NCBI GenBank assembly: GCA_002793515.1
Contig: PFEU01000006.1
Coordinates: forward strand, 10,802 to 74,801
DNA: 64,000 nt
DNA from: Candidatus Uhrbacteria bacterium CG10_big_fil_rev_8_21_14_0_10_48_16
GTDB taxonomy: Bacteria > Patescibacteriota > Patescibacteriia > UBA9934 > GWF2-40-263
Reading direction: 5' to 3'
Shown: piece by piece, positions 58,853 to 64,000 of the stretch
How positions within the stretch are numbered: the first letter of the stretch is position 1
How the letters are laid out: every line of letters starts with the position of its first letter
Notes under the pieces: generated by a model
The model's database searches: none
Told to the model about the DNA's origin: nothing
Seen by the model: only the letters and a program-made list of their open reading frames with translations
Position numbers and translations under genes: made by a program

Positions 58853-59443
58853 ATGAAAAAATCATTCTTTTGGGCATTTCTTGCCATCGTATTTATAGGT
58901 GGGGGATGTGTTGGTGGGGGGGAGCCACAAGATATTGAAGAAGTGGCTTCTGGAATTGATCGAGATTCCATTTTATTTGAGGCACAGAAGAATGGTCTTA
59001 TTATGACCGATGAGGAAATCTCAGCCATGACGTCAGGAGGTGTTATTGTAGATGAATCTGGTGAAACTCCAGAGATCATTGAACGCTATCTTGAAACGGA
59101 TGTGCGAGGATGGGCCTCTGCAGCTCTTGCGGATGTGACTGGAGGTGAGAGTTTTGGAATCGCACACACACAATTTGAATCAGGGTTGTTTACGTTGATT
59201 TCTAACATGGGGAATCTTCCTGATCCAGCTGAAGGGTACTTCTACGAAGGATGGTTGGTCCGAAGAGGAGAATCTATGTCTGTCATAAGCACGGGAGTTG
59301 CTGAAAAGACAGCGGAAGGATACGTGAACGTGTACACGTCAAAGACAGATCTCTCTGACCATGATTTCTACGTATTGACCTTAGAACCAAACGATGAAGA
59401 TCCGGCGCCGGCAGAACATATCTTGGAAGGAACGCTCAGATAA
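58853..59443 (+). CDS. Putative lipoprotein with RskA-C-like domain
   Basis: FIGGG|C; LPDP..G.FYEGWLV, VLTLEP.D.DPAPA.HILEG. Confidence 0.65.
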   Translation: MKKSFFWAFLAIVFIGGGCVGGGEPQDIEEVASGIDRDSILFEAQKNGLIMTDEEISAMTSGGVIVDESGETPEIIERYLETDVRGWASAALADVTGGESFGIAHTQFESGLFTLISNMGNLPDPAEGYFYEGWLVRRGESMSVISTGVAEKTAEGYVNVYTSKTDLSDHDFYVLTLEPNDEDPAPAEHILEGTLR

Positions 59444-59474
59444 TAAAACAGCCTCCCGATCGGGAGGCTGTTTT
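59444..59474. terminator. Bidirectional terminator
   Basis: AAAACAGCCTCCCGATCGGGAGGCTGTTTT. Confidence 0.88.
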
Positions 59475-59475
59475 A

Positions 59476-60399
59476 TTATTGTGTATTTGTGACGTAGATC
59501 ATCAGGTATTGTCCGTTCTTGAGAGGAACCATCGTTGGATCTTTCACGTAGACCTCATTGCCTGTTGGTTCAAGAGGGGATTCATCAGAGGGATACCAGT
59601 CGAATCCATTTTTACTCCACGAAGAGGAGATCGAACCGTCACTCCCAAATAACGAGAGGTAAAATCGATCATCGATCCACATGCCGTTTGCTGGCACGAG
59701 GAATGACGATGCTTTAGGGAAACTCGTGATCCCGTAAACGGAGAATCGTATTCCATCGAGACTCGTGAGGTGCCAGAGTTTCTCAACACCACCCTGAGAA
59801 AGAGCGTACATGTGCCACGTGTCACCGATTTTGAATGTGGTGGAATCAATTGCGATGTTATTTGAGGGAACAAAGATCGAACTTTTGTACTCGAACGTGA
59901 TTCCATCAAGACTTTCGGCATAATGAATCCCCTGAGGATTCCCGCTGGTAAAGTACATTCTTACGGTTCCATCAGGAAGGAGAATGACGTCAGGATCGAC
60001 CACTCGATAGATCCCTTCTGGAGTCCCTGTAAGTTCAAGGTATTTGAAAATCCAACTATTTCCGTTGTCTTGAGAGATAGCAACCGCGGTTGTATTGAGA
60101 AGATCGCCAACCATCCAGCCAGTATAATAGAGATAGACATCCCCATTTTCTTTAATCAATGCATCAGGAACATTTGCTTGATCAGAAATCCATAGATCGT
60201 TTGAGACATAGGTTAGACCATCAGATGAAATCGCGGTTTTAAGCGTGCGCTCAAATGGCCCTTCCTGGGACGCTTCTTCACCGTCTGGAGATGTCGCAGA
60301 TCCTCTTTGAGGATCAAAATCACTCTCAAGACGTTCCGTCTGTGCACATCCGAAGCCAAAAAGGATGAGAAGGAGAAATAGACTTGTGATGTTTTTCAT
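59476..60399 (-). CDS. Putative lipoprotein, beta-propeller glycosidase-like
   Basis: LFGFG|C; Asp-box-like repeats S.DG.T/S.DNG.SW; DP.V..LPDG..RMYF. Confidence 0.7.
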   Translation of the reverse strand: MKNITSLFLLLILFGFGCAQTERLESDFDPQRGSATSPDGEEASQEGPFERTLKTAISSDGLTYVSNDLWISDQANVPDALIKENGDVYLYYTGWMVGDLLNTTAVAISQDNGNSWIFKYLELTGTPEGIYRVVDPDVILLPDGTVRMYFTSGNPQGIHYAESLDGITFEYKSSIFVPSNNIAIDSTTFKIGDTWHMYALSQGGVEKLWHLTSLDGIRFSVYGITSFPKASSFLVPANGMWIDDRFYLSLFGSDGSISSSWSKNGFDWYPSDESPLEPTGNEVYVKDPTMVPLKNGQYLMIYVTNTQ

Positions 60400-60464
60400 A
60401 GGTTTTTAGGTTAACCGTAGTCTAACAAATTTGAAAATAGAACGGCAATAGAAAAGACCTCAGG

Positions 60465-60587
60465 TTATTCTGAGGTCTTTTTGTTGGCTTTTACGATACG
60501 GATGGCTTTTGCTTTTCGACTGTTGGTGAGCTGTACCTTACGGGCAGCCTTCCAAGCGGTAAAAATTTGTTTTCGTTTTCCAGGCAT
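60465..60587 (-). CDS. 40-aa basic microprotein (not in ORF track)
   Basis: MPGKRKQIFTAWKAARKVQLTNSRKAKAIRIVKANKKTSE; promoter TTGACG-17-TATACT at 60638-60610; stop lies in the loop of terminator 60452-60482. Confidence 0.65.
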   Translation of the reverse strand: MPGKRKQIFTAWKAARKVQLTNSRKAKAIRIVKANKKTSE

Positions 60588-60634
60588 AGAGTTTGTTGAA
60601 TTTGTGCCAAGTATAGGCAATAGAGGGGATTTCG

Positions 60635-61486
60635 TCAAGCCTTATCCCCATCCACGACTTCTGCGCATTCTGTGAGAATTTTCTGTAATCGGCGTTGGGG
60701 GATTTGTGTCGTTGAACTGAGCTGGTCCACAGGAATGGTGATGAGCTCACGACACAACATAAGATCCGTTCGAGCAAAAGCCGATATTTCTGATGATGTA
60801 AGATCATTGAGAACGGTTAGCGGATAGAGAGAGTTAATATCGACCATTTGAGCGAATGTTTGTTCTGTGGGGTGATTCCATCCTATTAACTTCATGTGTT
60901 TGCAATGTCCAAATTGAAGAGACTGATCGGTGAACGATGCATTGGTGACAATCCAGACTTCATCAAAGTGAGGACAATTTCCAATTTTTGATCCATCGAC
61001 AAGGTCGAGGAAACGAGCCCAAGTCGCCATTGTATCTTTAATCGTTATGGTTGAAGTAAAATCGTGACGAAATTTTGCCTCGATAAATGCCGTGCGCCCA
61101 TCTTTTTCTGCGGTGACGTCGATCTCATGTTCGATACAGGCTCCTCTGTAGGTATCTGGAGTTGCTGTCTTGTACCCATAGGCACTCAGAACTGCTGAAA
61201 CATACTTTTCAAAGTTATATCCTGCAGGTCCGAGTTTCACAATGGCTTCTCGCAATGTATATCTGACACCTGCCCAAGGCTTTATGTTTGCGAGTTCTTT
61301 TCGAACGATCGCGTAGATCGTTTTTGTCTTCATTTTTGGTTTCAGTTTTGACTCAACCGCCTGCAAGACTTTTTTTGCCGTCGCTTCATCGGCTCCCGTC
61401 CGCATAATGGAAGAGAGAATTTTCTGAGCATCGAATGGCGCAAGAGTCCCATCGAATTTCGTAATGAGGATATCTTTTTCAGTCAT
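60635..61486 (-). CDS. ATP-cone plus Mrr-like PD-(D/E)xK endonuclease protein
   Basis: ITKFDG...PFD..KI..S (ATP cone); LGPAGY.FEKYV; HEIDV.A......FIEAK; VTN..F. Confidence 0.82.
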   Translation of the reverse strand: MTEKDILITKFDGTLAPFDAQKILSSIMRTGADEATAKKVLQAVESKLKPKMKTKTIYAIVRKELANIKPWAGVRYTLREAIVKLGPAGYNFEKYVSAVLSAYGYKTATPDTYRGACIEHEIDVTAEKDGRTAFIEAKFRHDFTSTITIKDTMATWARFLDLVDGSKIGNCPHFDEVWIVTNASFTDQSLQFGHCKHMKLIGWNHPTEQTFAQMVDINSLYPLTVLNDLTSSEISAFARTDLMLCRELITIPVDQLSSTTQIPQRRLQKILTECAEVVDGDKA

Positions 61487-61525
61487 AGTGGTCGTAGTAT
61501 ACCAATTCCTGTAAAATAGTCGCAT

Positions 61526-61960
61526 ATGGACAGTGCGTTTCTCATGGGGATCATTCATCCTGGTCAAGTTCTATTTGCCCTGACGGTCTTATTCTTTGGT
61601 TCAGCGTTTACGCTGAGTTTTCTCATCGGGACAAAAGCACAGGTTGTCCGTCCGCTTATCGGAGTTCTTTTTCTTATTTTGTTTCTTTTGTTAGGAACGG
61701 TTGCGATTGAGTTCAGTCAGGCAGCAACTCCTTCTTATACCTACGGAACGTTCGCTTCACTGTCTGAGGCTCTCTCAACGCATCGATGGCTCTTATTCCA
61801 GCTTCCTATTATTCTGACCTTGACGAGCCTGCTTGTGTTATTTGTCTACGGAGAAAAGATTGGTCACGCTCATGCTCGGTTGTATCGAACAACCGTACTC
61901 ATAGCGATTGCCATCAGTTTCGCAAGTGTCCTCGCCATCATTTTTGAATCAATGATTTAG
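61526..61960 (+). CDS. Membrane protein
   Basis: Four hydrophobic segments. Confidence 0.7.
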   Translation: MDSAFLMGIIHPGQVLFALTVLFFGSAFTLSFLIGTKAQVVRPLIGVLFLILFLLLGTVAIEFSQAATPSYTYGTFASLSEALSTHRWLLFQLPIILTLTSLLVLFVYGEKIGHAHARLYRTTVLIAIAISFASVLAIIFESMI

Positions 61961-61961
61961 T

Positions 61962-62303
61962 ATGTTGCGACTTTTTTCTCAACGTGTGCACGAGTCTTTT
62001 GCTCTCTCAGCTATTCTTGCAGGGTCTGTTGCGTTACATGTGGCATGGATTGATAATCTTCTTATTTCACGATCGCGTACGATTGCGGAATGGGTGACAT
62101 TGAATCCAGACATTGGTCCTATTTCTGGATTGTATGTCGACACGCTTGGGGCGTTTTTTGTCACACTCCTCGTTATGACGTTCCTTTGGCGAGGACGAGA
62201 TGTTTCGCATTGGCGAGATCGAGTCTTTTGGTTCTTTATCCTTTCAATCGTTCTGTTCCTCGTGATGACTCTTCCCTTTATCTACGGTTTTGCGGTGACG
62301 TAA
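61962..62303 (+). CDS. Membrane protein
   Basis: Three hydrophobic segments; IGPISG; starts 1 bp after the previous stop. Confidence 0.7.
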   Translation: MLRLFSQRVHESFALSAILAGSVALHVAWIDNLLISRSRTIAEWVTLNPDIGPISGLYVDTLGAFFVTLLVMTFLWRGRDVSHWRDRVFWFFILSIVLFLVMTLPFIYGFAVT

Positions 62304-62349
62304 CGTTTTAGGTAGACTAAAGGTTCTTAGCATTGATTGATTTGTTTCT

Positions 62350-63849
62350 ATGGATATTTCGGTACGAAAAGGAGAAGTTGTTGAGCAGGCATGCGATCTT
62401 TTGGTTCTCCATGCGTTTTCTGGTTCAAAGGGGCTTGTGGGGGATCTAAAAACTGTCGATGAGGCGCTTGGAGGGAAGGTGATGAAGTTCATGAAGGAAG
62501 ATGGATTTAAGGGAAAGAGCGACTCAACTTTTCTTATGCGAACGCATGGGGAAATTGCACCAAAGCGTATTTTGGTTTTGGGACTTGGAAAGCAAGAAGA
62601 ATTTACGGTGGAATCCGTGCGCCAGGCATCAGCGGTCTCAGTAAACATAGCAACGAGTCTGAAGGTAAAGACCGTGCTATCCGCGATTCAGGCGTTTGAT
62701 GGAGAAACAGTAACCGTTGGAGATTGGGCTCAAGCTATGGCCGAGGGAGCACGTCTTGCCGAGTATCGCTTTGATGTCTACAAAAAACCATCAAAATCAA
62801 CCGTCGCGATAAAAAAGTTTGATCTTCTTTTGCAGGGTGGACGTGACGTACGCCTTGCTCAAAAAGGGGTTGAGTTGGGAGATCTTATGGCAAAGGGGAC
62901 GATCCTTGCTCGAGATCTTGTCAATACCCCTGCGCAGGATATGCACCCTCAAACGCTGGTTGACACAGCGAAAAATCTTGCCAAAGGGAAGGGGAGTATT
63001 CGCGTGCGTGTCTATGATCGAGAGGCGCTGAAACGTATGGGGGCAGGAGGTATTCTTGGGGTGGCTCAAGGATCAGAATACCCACCGTACCTTGTTCACA
63101 TGGTGTATAAACCACGAAAGCCAACAACAAAACGTGTGGCTCTTGTAGGAAAGGCTGTCACGTTTGATTCCGGCGGATTGTCCCTGAAACCTGCCCAGTT
63201 TATGGAAACGATGAAAATCGATATGGGGGGATCTGCGGCCGTTCTTGGCGCTTTCTCTGTGATTGATGAGATCGCTCCGTCGTGCGAGGTTCATGGAATC
63301 TTTGGGGCCGTTGAAAATATGCCGAGCGGAAAAGCCATGCGTCCTGGTGATGTATTGGTAGCGATGAATAAAAAAACGATAGAGGTTCTTAATACGGACG
63401 CAGAGGGTCGACTCACGCTTGCCGATACCCTGTGCTTTGCGGTGAAGCAAAAACCACAGGCAATTATCGATCTTGCGACACTTACCGGGGCGTGTGTTGT
63501 TGCGCTCGGAGAAGAGTATACGGGGCTGATGTCTAATAACGATGAGCTCTCAACAAGGATTCTAGAATCAGCAAACACAGCCGGTGAAAAAATGTGGAGA
63601 TTGCCATTAGAAAAAAATTACAAAAAATTGTTAAAGAGTCAGGTTGCAGATATGCAGAATGTTGGCTCTCGATGGGGAGGGGCACTCACCGCAGGATTGT
63701 TCCTTGAAGAATTTGTTGGGAAGACGCCTTGGGCTCATCTTGATATTGCTGGACCTGCGTACGCTGAACGTGATATCGATGCGTACACAAAAAAGGGAGC
63801 AACCGGGCATGGCGTGCGGACCCTTCTGCGTTATCTCAAGAGCCTCTAG
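62350..63849 (+). CDS. pepA: Leucyl aminopeptidase (M17)
   Basis: GKAVTFDSGG.SLK, MK.DMGG, NTDAEGRL.LAD, ATLTGA, WAHLDIAG. Confidence 0.96.
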   Translation: MDISVRKGEVVEQACDLLVLHAFSGSKGLVGDLKTVDEALGGKVMKFMKEDGFKGKSDSTFLMRTHGEIAPKRILVLGLGKQEEFTVESVRQASAVSVNIATSLKVKTVLSAIQAFDGETVTVGDWAQAMAEGARLAEYRFDVYKKPSKSTVAIKKFDLLLQGGRDVRLAQKGVELGDLMAKGTILARDLVNTPAQDMHPQTLVDTAKNLAKGKGSIRVRVYDREALKRMGAGGILGVAQGSEYPPYLVHMVYKPRKPTTKRVALVGKAVTFDSGGLSLKPAQFMETMKIDMGGSAAVLGAFSVIDEIAPSCEVHGIFGAVENMPSGKAMRPGDVLVAMNKKTIEVLNTDAEGRLTLADTLCFAVKQKPQAIIDLATLTGACVVALGEEYTGLMSNNDELSTRILESANTAGEKMWRLPLEKNYKKLLKSQVADMQNVGSRWGGALTAGLFLEEFVGKTPWAHLDIAGPAYAERDIDAYTKKGATGHGVRTLLRYLKSL

Positions 63850-63850
63850 T

Positions 63851-64000
63851 ATGTATACCCTTGATCAAACCCATCGAAAGCTCGTGTTGGTCTGTACAAA
63901 TAATCGGCAAGATGGAAGAGCCTGTTGTGCAGAACAGGGTGCTGTGGATCTTCATAGAAAGTTAAAGAACGCCGTAGCGGCGAGAGATCCTCGTATTCGT
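63851..64000 (+). CDS. Thioredoxin-like (2Fe-2S) ferredoxin, 3'-truncated by window edge
   Basis: MYTLDQTHRKLVLVCTNNRQDGRACCAEQGAVDL..LK. Confidence 0.7.
   Translation, partial: MYTLDQTHRKLVLVCTNNRQDGRACCAEQGAVDLHRKLKNAVAARDPRIR

Noticed and set aside
7122-60482. Many A-tract/hairpin/T-tract elements as a REP, MITE or attC family
   Set aside because: Stem sequences differ from each other, sit at gene 3' ends and lack attC core sites; they are ordinary bidirectional terminators.

Overview
Gene-dense bacterial chromosome segment read with genetic code 11 (TGA and TAG both end many intact genes). Gene content and style suggest a Patescibacteria/CPR organism, probably ABY1/Uhrbacteria-like (inference). 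It carries a type IV pilus cluster (pilB broken by one in-frame TAG, pilC fused to an SH3b-like domain, five pilins), dnaG-rpoD, a MacAB-like exporter, an ECF sigma/anti-sigma pair, RNA, DNA-repair and oxidative-stress genes (mutY, xth, msrA, msrB-VKOR-ccdA, greA, rimK-like, DEAD helicase, trhO, csp, truB), a variable region at about 42-55 kb ending at tRNA-Asn, and pepA. Most notable: (1) three isolated GC-rich, Shine-Dalgarno-bearing single genes in a genome whose own genes look leaderless; (2) three unannotated standalone microproteins (55 aa hyper-acidic, 40 aa and 20 aa basic) with their own promoter and terminator; (3) a PilC-SH3b fusion; (4) a 1-kb one-gene islet at tRNA-Asn bounded by an att-like/recombinase-tail remnant; (5) a decayed SET-domain fragment back-to-back with an intact SET gene. 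No CRISPR array, rRNA or intact transposase/integrase was seen. All family calls come from motif recognition by eye, not database searches.
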